DNA from: a virus
Taxonomy: Duplodnaviria > Caudoviricetes
Direction: 5' to 3' (one strand)
DNA length: 24,527 nucleotides
Virus record (IMG/VR): IMGVR_UViG_3300043416_000175
Span: 1-24,527 of that record
This document shows positions 15,973-24,485 of the stretch, in pieces. Position numbers and translations under genes: made by a program. Numbering within the stretch: the stretch's first letter is position 1; the number at the start of each line of letters is the position of its first letter. The notes under the pieces were generated by a model. That model saw nothing but the letters and a program-made list of their open reading frames with translations, ran no database searches and was not told the origin of the DNA.

Positions 15973-16220
15973 CACAAGATGAAATCATTGAGATGGCTAT
16001 CCAAGGTCACGCAAGCACTCGTGATGCCATTCGTTGGGCAATGAATCAAGAGCAGGGTGAGCCTGTGGCATTCAAAATCTACAAGCCGACACCTCCACGA
16101 CACGCCACCCCTAATGTTCGAGATGCTGAATTGCCTTGGGTGTATGACCAAGACCCATCGTCGGGGAATGTTGCATCAATGTGGGTGACACCTGTTCAAA
16201 CATTAAGGAGTAAGACATGA
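15969..16220 (+). CDS. Hypothetical protein (83 aa)
   Basis: AGGAG SD and ATGA coupling; MTQDEIIEMA...QGEPVA. Confidence 0.65.
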   Translation: MTQDEIIEMAIQGHASTRDAIRWAMNQEQGEPVAFKIYKPTPPRHATPNVRDAELPWVYDQDPSSGNVASMWVTPVQTLRSKT

Positions 16221-16270
16221 CTTGCAAAGTCAAACTAGCAGACGCAATCAGAGCAAGGGGACAAGCATGA
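16217..16270 (+). CDS. 17-aa ORF, possibly a gene remnant
   Basis: MTCKVKLADAIRARGQA with AAGGAG SD and ATGA overlaps at both ends. Confidence 0.4.
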   Translation: MTCKVKLADAIRARGQA

Positions 16271-16494
16271 CACCAGAAGACGAAGAATTTGAGCGTATCG
16301 CCAGAGAGATCAGGCGCAATGCCAAAGAAGATGATGACATTCAGGAATACAAACGCCCTTGGGTTGGGTTGACAGACGGGGAAGTTGAAGACTACTGGGA
16401 CTGGGAAGATTTTCAGACGGGGGCTGGGCGCTCAACTATATTTAAAATGGTTAGACACATTGACGCTACATTAAAAAGGAAAAACAATGAATGA
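16267..16494 (+). CDS. Hypothetical protein (75 aa)
   Basis: ATG at 16267 with AAGGGG SD; MTPEDEEF...RPWVGLTD...LKRKN. Confidence 0.7.
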   Translation: MTPEDEEFERIAREIRRNAKEDDDIQEYKRPWVGLTDGEVEDYWDWEDFQTGAGRSTIFKMVRHIDATLKRKNNE

Positions 16495-16603
16495 AGTTTT
16501 AATATTTGTATTAGGCGCATTACTGCCATACTTTTTAAGAGTGATAGAAGCGCTTGTTGTTTACATGAAGCGGGAGCTTGATAAGGAGAACAAAGATGCT
16601 TGA
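16487..16603 (+). CDS. Small membrane protein (38 aa)
   Basis: MNEVLIFVLGALLPYFLRVIEALVVYMKRELDKENKDA with AAGGA SD. Confidence 0.55.
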   Translation: MNEVLIFVLGALLPYFLRVIEALVVYMKRELDKENKDA

Positions 16604-16697
16604 AACAATTGCTTGGGCGGTCATGCTGCTTGTCATGGGAGGCGTAGTGGTAGTCACAGTCGCCGTCGCCATCTTCATGCTAAGTAGCGAGGACTAA
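16596..16697 (+). CDS. Small single-pass membrane protein (33 aa)
   Basis: MLETIAWAVMLLVMGGVVVVTVAVAIFMLSSED with AAGGAG SD; its stop overlaps the endolysin stop. Confidence 0.6.
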   Translation: MLETIAWAVMLLVMGGVVVVTVAVAIFMLSSED

Positions 16698-17122
16698 GCG
16701 TAAGGTCTGGTGCCTTGCTTGTCGATGATCAAGGCTTGTTGCCTTGGCGTCGATGTAGATAGGTTTGGCACAGAAATATGCGTCCAACGATCAAACTCTC
16801 TAATGATTTGATCGTAGCCAATACCAGACGCTATGACAGCTTTCACTACCTCATCAGGCGTCATGCCAGGCACGCGTATGTCGGCTGCACAACCAACGCG
16901 GTGCTGGCTTGTATCCTTAGACCCAACCGCGTCATTGACCGCCTTAGAGCGAAAAGCTGAGTTGACCATGATAGGTTTGCCACCAAGTACAGTTTTGACT
17001 TGTTCTAGGAAGTTTGCCAACCTACGCAAATTGGCAGACTCTGCCTCGTTTGGCGTATTGTCCAAGTCTCTGTGATCCGTGTGCGTTAATTCGTCTAAAG
17101 TGAAGTGTTCTGAGAGGTTCAT
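16694..17122 (-). CDS. Endolysin, peptidase M15 family (Zn peptidase)
   Basis: HFTLDE N-terminus, SAFRS..VN..VG, and Zn-ligand motifs SQH, AADI and WTHIS. Confidence 0.9.
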   Translation of the reverse strand: MNLSEHFTLDELTHTDHRDLDNTPNEAESANLRRLANFLEQVKTVLGGKPIMVNSAFRSKAVNDAVGSKDTSQHRVGCAADIRVPGMTPDEVVKAVIASGIGYDQIIREFDRWTHISVPNLSTSTPRQQALIIDKQGTRPYA

Positions 17123-17592
17123 TTCTTTTTCATCTCCGCTAGTTTTTCAACAGTCCTGCCGCCAAAGTATGCGCCCATGATAAGCATACCCCATTGGCCT
17201 AACAAGGTAACGTACGCCTCGTTAGCGTTTAAACCAAACGCTGACATCATGGCAAACAAAAAGTAACCTACAAAAATAGCTACAAGGCTCATGGGACGGA
17301 TATTCTTAGACAACCAAGAGTCGCTAACCATATCTGCGTTCCAACGCCCCGTGACGTTGTTGTCCTCGTTCTTCATAGCGTCTGCCGCTACCTTAGTCAT
17401 TTCCAACTCTAGTTCTGCTATCTTCTGAGCCGCTGCAGGATCGCCAGCAATAGCTTTAGCTACTGCTTCAACAGAGTCGTTACAACCCAGTCGGCTAGCA
17501 ATAGCACTAACAGCGGCACCGCCCAAAGGGCCAGCAACAGCAGTAGCAAGAGTAGGCGCAAGCCCTTTAAGAAGACCGAATAGTTCATTCAT
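17119..17592 (-). CDS. Holin, GTA 3TM-like
   Basis: N-terminal APTLATAVAGPLGG segment, WLSKNIRP followed by two TM helices and YFGGRT.EK; directly upstream of the endolysin. Confidence 0.75.
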   Translation of the reverse strand: MNELFGLLKGLAPTLATAVAGPLGGAAVSAIASRLGCNDSVEAVAKAIAGDPAAAQKIAELELEMTKVAADAMKNEDNNVTGRWNADMVSDSWLSKNIRPMSLVAIFVGYFLFAMMSAFGLNANEAYVTLLGQWGMLIMGAYFGGRTVEKLAEMKKK

Positions 17593-17765
17593 TTTGACTC
17601 CTTCAATTCTCGTTTCAGTTTACGCAACTCTTTCATTTCTTGTTTCAACTGCGCTTTCATATACATTGTTTCTATGTAAGACAACGAAGTAACTCCAACA
17701 ATAATGCATATTGCGACGCCAATTAAAACCCACCAGATAAGTTTCGTATTGCCCACATCAACCAT
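17589..17765 (-). CDS. Membrane-anchored coiled-coil protein (58 aa)
   Basis: MVDVGNTKLIWWVLIGVAICIIVGVTSLSYIETMYMKAQLKQEMKELRKLKRELKESK; ATGA overlap with the holin. The start could alternatively be GTG at 17756. Confidence 0.65.
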   Translation of the reverse strand: MVDVGNTKLIWWVLIGVAICIIVGVTSLSYIETMYMKAQLKQEMKELRKLKRELKESK

Positions 17766-18436
17766 CCAAAAATTAAAGAAATGAATGTCACAGCAATAGC
17801 GCTACTTACCATCTCGATCCTACGAATTTCCTCTTGCTCCCTTTTCCATCTTGCTTGCCTAGTCTTGCGAATCGTCTCAGCCCTAGCCCATTCCTGTTCA
17901 CGCTCAATCTTGCCATGCATCACCAAGAATCTGCTATACAAGTCCTTCAACTCTGCTGGTGCATAGACCATCGCTTCTCTGGTCTGCTCCATCAACTTCT
18001 CCATCTGCAACTCAATTAAAGCGCGCTCGATCGCTTTCTTTGACGTGTTCTGCTCTGGGTTGTAGTTGGTCTTTGATTCCTCTTCAAGTTCTAAATAGTA
18101 GTTGTTTATTTGTTGTTGCGTGTCAAAAAGCGTCCCAAGGTTGTCACCCACGCTTTTAATGAGTTCCAGTTCAAGGACTTCGTAGGACTGCTTGGCTGCG
18201 GCTTTGGCTTTCGTTTGCGCCACAGGCTTTGCAACGTCGACTTTTTCTGGCTTAGAGACAAAGAGGCCAATAAACCAGTCAAATATTCCTTTGACCGCTT
18301 TAATGTCTGACTGCACGCCTTCAATGGTCTTTTTAGCAGACTCAAGCTGAATACGACCTTGATGTAAAAAGTCGCAGCCCTGCTTGATAGCGCCAAAAGC
18401 AGTTTGTGCCAGTAAGAGAAGAGAGAAAGGGTCAAT
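17723..18436 (-). CDS. Coiled-coil membrane protein of the lysis region, probable ATT start (237 aa)
   Basis: The frame is open 40 codons upstream of the track GTG at 18316, back to ATT at 18436, which sits 6 nt after AGGAG. This gives (M)DPFSLLLLAQTAFGAIKQG. C-terminal TM helix. The gene is well supported; the start codon is inferred. Confidence 0.7.
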   Translation of the reverse strand: MDPFSLLLLAQTAFGAIKQGCDFLHQGRIQLESAKKTIEGVQSDIKAVKGIFDWFIGLFVSKPEKVDVAKPVAQTKAKAAAKQSYEVLELELIKSVGDNLGTLFDTQQQINNYYLELEEESKTNYNPEQNTSKKAIERALIELQMEKLMEQTREAMVYAPAELKDLYSRFLVMHGKIEREQEWARAETIRKTRQARWKREQEEIRRIEMVSSAIAVTFISLIFGWLMWAIRNLSGGF

Positions 18437-18439
18437 GGG

Positions 18440-21076
18440 TTACTCCTGCGGCTGGGGTATTCCCTGCACTGCACCACGGGCCGCGCCAGACATAGCGTCG
18501 TTGGCCGCATCGGCCACCCAATTAATTCCGTACTTTTTACCTACGGCGATAGCCTCGTCAAGTTTAGTGCGGTCAAACTGATTAATTTTTGGTTGCACAG
18601 CATTGAATACTTTAATCGCATCCGCAGGGTTAAGCAGCAATTCTTTGATTCGTTGCTCAGTCATCTTAGACGCTTGATTAGCCCAGAATTTACTAGCCAA
18701 AGATGTAATAGCGTAGGTTACGCCCGACACAGGGTTGTAAATTCTTGAAATGATTTGTTCAGGTGGAATGCCGGTTAGCATTTCGACCGGCGTCTTAGCG
18801 ACAGTCTCAGTCCTAAACGGCACGTTAGTTAAATCTTTGGTTATGCGGTTAGACACTGTTGCAAAATCAACGACCTTCTGCGCGTAGGTAGGCCCAAACA
18901 CGCGGTTAAAAACGGCTGATTTACTGCGGTCGTTTAACAACCCAATTGGATCGCCAGACTTAACGATATCGTCCAACATAAATGACCGGACTGCATTGAC
19001 GGCGTCCTTATTCTCGCCGTACCCAGACTTAGACATAAATTTGTTGGTGAAATTAACATCACCATACATTTTGGTGACTAAATCTTGCGCGTTGTTAAAC
19101 CCTTCACCCTTAATGATCTGGTTGCCAGCTACTTCTCTAAATGCGTCATCTAAACGTTTACGTTCTGCCAATAACACTTGCACGTTAGTTACAGACCCAC
19201 GTAATTCATTTTCTAAACCAGGTATTAAAGACACGCCACCTTGGTTCTTTTTAAGCCATTTATCCGCAAGTTTAGGGTTAATTACATCGTCTTTTAATAC
19301 GGCGCGACTGAAACTATCCATAAAGGCATCGCGCGCTACGCGTACGCCATCTTGACCGGTAGCGTCAATAAACTGGCTGACGTTGGACTTGTTGCCGATT
19401 AATGCAGGCGCAATCTGTTCAACAAACTTCTTGCGGTCGATGTTGTTTAGCGTATCTGAATTAAACGGCAGCCCTACTTTTTGCAAATAAGAATTATCCG
19501 CATTTCGGTATGCTGTAACAAAGTCAGGGTCGAGGTTGTCAATGTGACCACTGACGCGTGTTTTGAGTTCGGTCAATAAACGAATATCAGCAGGGTCCGA
19601 GGTCTTACGCAATTGCTTGTTGATCTCGCGTTTCAAAGAATCCAAGTCTTCTACTGTGGCAGCAGAGAACTTAACGCCGCCTTCAATTGCGGGTTTACCC
19701 TCGGCCGTTAGGATTGCGCTAGGTTCAACAGTTTCTGGTTTAAATTTTGCCCGTACGCGGTTGTAAATAGACGGGAACGTCTTAAAGATATCAGACGCTT
19801 GTGCGCCAGCTACAGAGTTAAAGATGTCATCGACTGCCGTAGAAGGCAATTCGACATTCTTATCTTTGGCGATATTGAACGCTTCAGTGTAAAGCGGCCG
19901 CACTTCTTTATAGGCAGCGTCTTCTTTTTTAGCCAACAAGTTATCGATTCGGTTGCCCAACATAGTTGGGTCCATAGATTTGTCGCTATATACGTCAGCA
20001 ATTTGCTCATCAATTGTGCGAAGACGGCGCGCTTGTGGGGCAGCCAAATCAGTAGGCTTAATACTCACCTGTACTTTAGATGGATCACCAAACAATCTGA
20101 TCTGGTTGGCCACCATGGCCTGCTTGGCTTTTTCAAACTGATCGCTGTATTGAGCGCGGAATACTGGGTCTTTAGACGACAGGCTTTGGATGAAGTTGTT
20201 GATAACTGGGTTATCGGCCAACAACGAACTAAGTGGCATTTGCACGGGCGTGCCGCCTGGCGCTTTTAGATAGACGCTCTCCTGCGCTTTGGCCGCTTCA
20301 GTAAGCACTTTCATAAAGTTAGGGTCGGCCGCACCGGCGGCTATAAAAATGTTGCTGATTCGGTTGTCAACGTCTTTGAGCAATTCATCTTCAGGGTTAG
20401 TGCCACGGATTTTGTTCCACTGACTTGTTGCCAGACTAACGCCTTTCCCACCTAATTCGGCGGTTTTTACCGCAGCGCTAGTGGTGTACGCGCCACCAAT
20501 ACCGCCAAACAGACTACCAAGAAACCGCCCAGTACCTGGAGCGCCTACCTTTTCACCTGCGTATTCGCCGGCTTGACCGCCAGCTTCCGCAGAGCCGCCA
20601 ACAATTGCTTGCTCAGTTGGGCGCAGTAATGTTTGGGCAACAGGGCCTAAACGTTTAATTACAGACAGCGCAGGAAATATATAAGACTCAGGCGAAGTAA
20701 CTGCTTCAGCGCCTTGGGATATCATCTTCTCAGGGCCTGTCTGAGGTTGTACACCAGTAGACCCCATAAGTCGCATAAGGCCGCCATAAACCGGCTCACG
20801 TCCTTGTTGAAATGTCTCTACCAAACCGCTAGTAGGTTGCGATATGGGCGTGCCTGCAGCGCGCATACCCATAGTAAATGGGTTTATGCCCGCCCTATCT
20901 ATGACATTAGCCAGCCCAGACACCGCGCCTACAGTACCTGCAAAACCTTTACGCGCGCCTTCAGCTATAAGGGCGCCCATAGATGGTGAAGGTGCAGGTG
21001 TGGGTCCAGCAGGCGCTGCCGTAGCCTGTTCACTTTCGAAACGAAGGCGAAACTCAAACTCTTCTTGTTCGGTCAT
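18440..21076 (-). CDS. Large putative internal virion/ejection protein (878 aa)
   Basis: Gly/Ala-rich hydrophobic N-terminal third followed by a long helical region; last of three large late genes, as with P22 gp7/gp20/gp16 or T7 gp14/15/16. Confidence 0.65.
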   Translation of the reverse strand: MTEQEEFEFRLRFESEQATAAPAGPTPAPSPSMGALIAEGARKGFAGTVGAVSGLANVIDRAGINPFTMGMRAAGTPISQPTSGLVETFQQGREPVYGGLMRLMGSTGVQPQTGPEKMISQGAEAVTSPESYIFPALSVIKRLGPVAQTLLRPTEQAIVGGSAEAGGQAGEYAGEKVGAPGTGRFLGSLFGGIGGAYTTSAAVKTAELGGKGVSLATSQWNKIRGTNPEDELLKDVDNRISNIFIAAGAADPNFMKVLTEAAKAQESVYLKAPGGTPVQMPLSSLLADNPVINNFIQSLSSKDPVFRAQYSDQFEKAKQAMVANQIRLFGDPSKVQVSIKPTDLAAPQARRLRTIDEQIADVYSDKSMDPTMLGNRIDNLLAKKEDAAYKEVRPLYTEAFNIAKDKNVELPSTAVDDIFNSVAGAQASDIFKTFPSIYNRVRAKFKPETVEPSAILTAEGKPAIEGGVKFSAATVEDLDSLKREINKQLRKTSDPADIRLLTELKTRVSGHIDNLDPDFVTAYRNADNSYLQKVGLPFNSDTLNNIDRKKFVEQIAPALIGNKSNVSQFIDATGQDGVRVARDAFMDSFSRAVLKDDVINPKLADKWLKKNQGGVSLIPGLENELRGSVTNVQVLLAERKRLDDAFREVAGNQIIKGEGFNNAQDLVTKMYGDVNFTNKFMSKSGYGENKDAVNAVRSFMLDDIVKSGDPIGLLNDRSKSAVFNRVFGPTYAQKVVDFATVSNRITKDLTNVPFRTETVAKTPVEMLTGIPPEQIISRIYNPVSGVTYAITSLASKFWANQASKMTEQRIKELLLNPADAIKVFNAVQPKINQFDRTKLDEAIAVGKKYGINWVADAANDAMSGAARGAVQGIPQPQE

Positions 21077-22290
21077 GGCTTTTGTCCTATCCGTGAGTTT
21101 TTATATTCTTGATAGCGCTTTTCTTTTTCCGCATCTGTGAATGGACCGCCGGCAGTTGGCGCGGCGCCAGGCGTTTTGAACTCTGGGAAGTCTAACGCTT
21201 CATTGATTATTTGAGGCGTGTAGCCAGGTTGTCTACTTGCTATCTTAGCCTGACGATCAATTTCATCAGTGGCCTTCTTGGCCGCAACAGTACGAATAGC
21301 TTGCAAGGTCTTTCTCATCTTTTCTTGCGTATCCAATGTTGGCGTGCCACTAAACAGTTTAGATATCGTGTCGGCCGTTCCACCAAGCAATGACGGATCG
21401 GCGCCAGCCGCTATCAATTCTTTTTGACTTAGGTCGCCAGTTCCGGATATTGCTCTAGCAAAGCCCGTTTGCGCTGCCCTAAACGAGGAGAAGTTGTTAG
21501 TAGATATTGAGTCATTGATGCTTTGCAACGCCTGATCTGCCGCATATACAGTTTTAGATTGCGGATCAACAGTGCCTTGGACAGTTGCCCTAAATTTAGG
21601 GATATCAACAAATTCCTTTTGACCAGGCAAGACATTAGTAATTGCAGTTCCTCGACCGCCTTCTAATCCTTTGATGTAGCGATCGACTTCAGCTATCTGT
21701 GCTGGAGGCGCGTCTTCTTTAATTAGCGCTTTGCGGTAGTCTTGCGCTTTCTGGATATCGAGAGGCGCTGCCTCTTTAGTGCGGGTTAACGCCGCTAACT
21801 TATCTTTATAAATTTGAAGTGCGGCAGCATTTTCTGGCGTTTGTTCCATGCCTTGTAATTGGCGAATAGCCGCTAAATAGCTTGCTTCCGTTTCGGCCTT
21901 TAGTACATCTTGACCAACGCTTAAACCGCGCGCTTCGCGTGTATTTCGTACGACTTGAGATAACTTAACTTGCGCTTCCCTAGCCGCATTGGCTAGCGCG
22001 CTTGCACCAACAGGATCAAATTGCGATAACCTTTGCGCGCCGGCCATGAGCGAATCAGGATTAGTAGGGTCTACCTCTTGCATTACTGCATTTCTTGCGC
22101 TGATTAGTTTTAACTGTGGGTCTTCAGCACCTAAGGCGCCGCCAATGCCACGGCCCAGTTGTGCAGCAGAGGCGTAAAGTCCAGCCCGTGTGCCAAATGC
22201 TTCACCACGCTGTAATGCTTGGTTATAAGATTGCTCCTCATACGCTTGAGGAGTAATTCCAAATAATCCACCTACGATATCTGTTGCCAT
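21073..22290 (-). CDS. Putative internal virion/ejection protein (405 aa)
   Basis: AAGGAG SD; A/Q-rich helical protein with GRGIGGALG; middle gene of the trio. Confidence 0.62.
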   Translation of the reverse strand: MATDIVGGLFGITPQAYEEQSYNQALQRGEAFGTRAGLYASAAQLGRGIGGALGAEDPQLKLISARNAVMQEVDPTNPDSLMAGAQRLSQFDPVGASALANAAREAQVKLSQVVRNTREARGLSVGQDVLKAETEASYLAAIRQLQGMEQTPENAAALQIYKDKLAALTRTKEAAPLDIQKAQDYRKALIKEDAPPAQIAEVDRYIKGLEGGRGTAITNVLPGQKEFVDIPKFRATVQGTVDPQSKTVYAADQALQSINDSISTNNFSSFRAAQTGFARAISGTGDLSQKELIAAGADPSLLGGTADTISKLFSGTPTLDTQEKMRKTLQAIRTVAAKKATDEIDRQAKIASRQPGYTPQIINEALDFPEFKTPGAAPTAGGPFTDAEKEKRYQEYKNSRIGQKP

Positions 22291-22299
22291 AATTGCTCC

Positions 22300-24483
22300 T
22301 TAAAACTGTTGTTGCATTGGGTCATAGTAGCCAGTATTAAATACGCTACCAGTACCACCAACATTTGATGGCGCAGAAGAACCAAAGTATGACCCCAATC
22401 CTTGCGCTAACAACGATTTAGGATCAGCAAAACCGCCCAATACTGTTGCATAAGGGTTGGTGGTTGCGGCGGGTGATCTGCCAATTGCACCACTAGCCGC
22501 CGCCCCTCTATAACCTAAATCGCCTGCCCTATATCCACCAATAGATGATTTCTCAGCAAGACCTTGGCTTAGAGTAAATGGTTGTTGTGCCATAGTCTCT
22601 AGTTGACCAGCCTGACCAAACAAGCCCGTTCCAAACAATACATTTTGTTGGCCAGCTTGTTGTGCCTGTGCAGCCAACTGTGCATCTTGTTGTGCCAAAG
22701 AGTTGTAGTACGCCTCTAACTCAGGATTAGCACCCATCAATCCTTGTGCGCCACTTGGACGCAAACCAGTAGAGCCTACTGATAAACCACCACGACCTGT
22801 TTGGAAGTTTTGGTTTCTAATACCAGCCAACTGTCTTTGCCGACTAGGATCGAGCAAGTCATATTGCTTAGACATATATTGTTGGGCAACTTCCTCTGGA
22901 GTTTGAGCCAAATAACTAGCACCCAATCCCAAGAGTCTGTTTTGGGCAGAACTAATCTCAGGCGCGGCGGTATACCCTGCGCTTATTATTTGCCCTGTAA
23001 TTGGGTCAGTTTGGAACTGAGATGTACCAAAACGAGTGGTTGTTCCAACTGGTCTGAACTGTGAGCCAGCAACGCCTACTCTTGTTGCTTCTTCAATCTT
23101 TCTTTGTGAATCTATCGCCGCTTGCCTATCTGCTTGTTGTTGCCTTAGTTGGGCAACTGTTCCCAATCCACCTTGCAATAGGTTGGAGTTCATGCCTCCA
23201 GCCATTCTAGATAAGAAGTTCATTGCCCCTTGAGCCGCACTACCACCAGCCGTTAATGCTCTTTGTACGCTTGCTCTTACGGCGGGGGTTAAAGAGGAAA
23301 GATAGTCTGTTGATCCGCCCATTCCTACTTGAGCAAGTTGCTCTGGAGTAAGTGCTTGTGTAGCCATATATGCGTTATCAGCAGACAAAGCATCAAAGGG
23401 GTTGTCATACATTTGCGTGTTAGCAAGATAAGCGTTATCTGCCCCTAAAGCATCAAAGGGGTTGTTATACATATTTTGACTACCATAGTTCTCAAAATTG
23501 TTTGTGTAATAGTCTGCCATGTTATTTGCTCCCGTTGTTCCTTGCCCCGTGCTTGTAGGTGGCACATTTATCGATGGTGTATAAAAACCTGATGTAGATG
23601 ATGGCGTTCCTTGACCAATGTTTGACTCAGGAATGTACTCTGGCGTTGCTGTTGTTCCACTTGTTGCACTAGGTATTGAAGTTGGTGAACCAATTTGACC
23701 AACTCCTGTGCTTACTAAACTTCCCTTTAACGCCTCTTCTGGTGACTTCCCACTTAGCAATCCGCTTGTAGCACCACCAGCAATTTGGCCTTCAACGCCA
23801 CCAATATTTGCGCCAACTTGATTACCAATTTGAGCGGAAATATAACTTTTTGCGAGGTCTTCTGGACTAGCACCTTGGGCAACAGCACTTCCTATTGATA
23901 TTCCAGTTCCAAGGCCAGGTAGTATCAAGTTGCCTAAAAGTCCTCCTAATGGCCCTAAATTTAGAAGTGTTGACCCAAAACCAGCCAAAAAACTATCATT
24001 CTGTTTGATGTAAGGATCATGTACCTCGCCTGTAGTAGTGGCATATCTTCTGCCATGACCACCACTAAGCCCATAGGAAATTTGTCCATCAATAACTTTT
24101 AAACCATTTAACTCGCCACCGAATGTTTCAGTAGGTATTGGGTTAACCATGCTATCAAAAGGAACAGCACCAAATGGAATTAAATATCCTTTTTCTGACA
24201 ACCCTTGGCTTTGAAGATATTTATTTACACCTGTACTTGATAAATCAACTTCTTGAGCCTTACTGCCAAAGTCTCTTAGATTGTCAATACTTGTAAAGTA
24301 AGGCAGTAAAAATGTGTTTTCTCCAGCAGTTAAGCCACCATTTTCTGCAATGTTTTTAGGTACATAACTGAATTGCTTACCATCTACATTAAATGTAAGC
24401 GAATAAGTTTGCCCACCAACAAACTGACTAGCATCTGTTCGTGCCTTGTCTAACTGTGCAATGGTTGGGAATGAGGTTGCCAT
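22300..24483 (-). CDS. Putative pilot/ejection protein (727 aa)
   Basis: G/S/T/Q-rich with glycine-zipper segments (GPLGGLLG, GQIAGGATSG) and a Q/A-rich C-terminal half. Confidence 0.6.
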   Translation of the reverse strand: MATSFPTIAQLDKARTDASQFVGGQTYSLTFNVDGKQFSYVPKNIAENGGLTAGENTFLLPYFTSIDNLRDFGSKAQEVDLSSTGVNKYLQSQGLSEKGYLIPFGAVPFDSMVNPIPTETFGGELNGLKVIDGQISYGLSGGHGRRYATTTGEVHDPYIKQNDSFLAGFGSTLLNLGPLGGLLGNLILPGLGTGISIGSAVAQGASPEDLAKSYISAQIGNQVGANIGGVEGQIAGGATSGLLSGKSPEEALKGSLVSTGVGQIGSPTSIPSATSGTTATPEYIPESNIGQGTPSSTSGFYTPSINVPPTSTGQGTTGANNMADYYTNNFENYGSQNMYNNPFDALGADNAYLANTQMYDNPFDALSADNAYMATQALTPEQLAQVGMGGSTDYLSSLTPAVRASVQRALTAGGSAAQGAMNFLSRMAGGMNSNLLQGGLGTVAQLRQQQADRQAAIDSQRKIEEATRVGVAGSQFRPVGTTTRFGTSQFQTDPITGQIISAGYTAAPEISSAQNRLLGLGASYLAQTPEEVAQQYMSKQYDLLDPSRQRQLAGIRNQNFQTGRGGLSVGSTGLRPSGAQGLMGANPELEAYYNSLAQQDAQLAAQAQQAGQQNVLFGTGLFGQAGQLETMAQQPFTLSQGLAEKSSIGGYRAGDLGYRGAAASGAIGRSPAATTNPYATVLGGFADPKSLLAQGLGSYFGSSAPSNVGGTGSVFNTGYYDPMQQQF
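23361..23472. repeat. 60-bp-period intragenic tandem repeat (about 1.9 copies)
   Basis: Encodes MYNNPFDALGADNAYLA and MYDNPFDALSADNAYMA. Confidence 0.9.
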
Positions 24484-24485
24484 AT

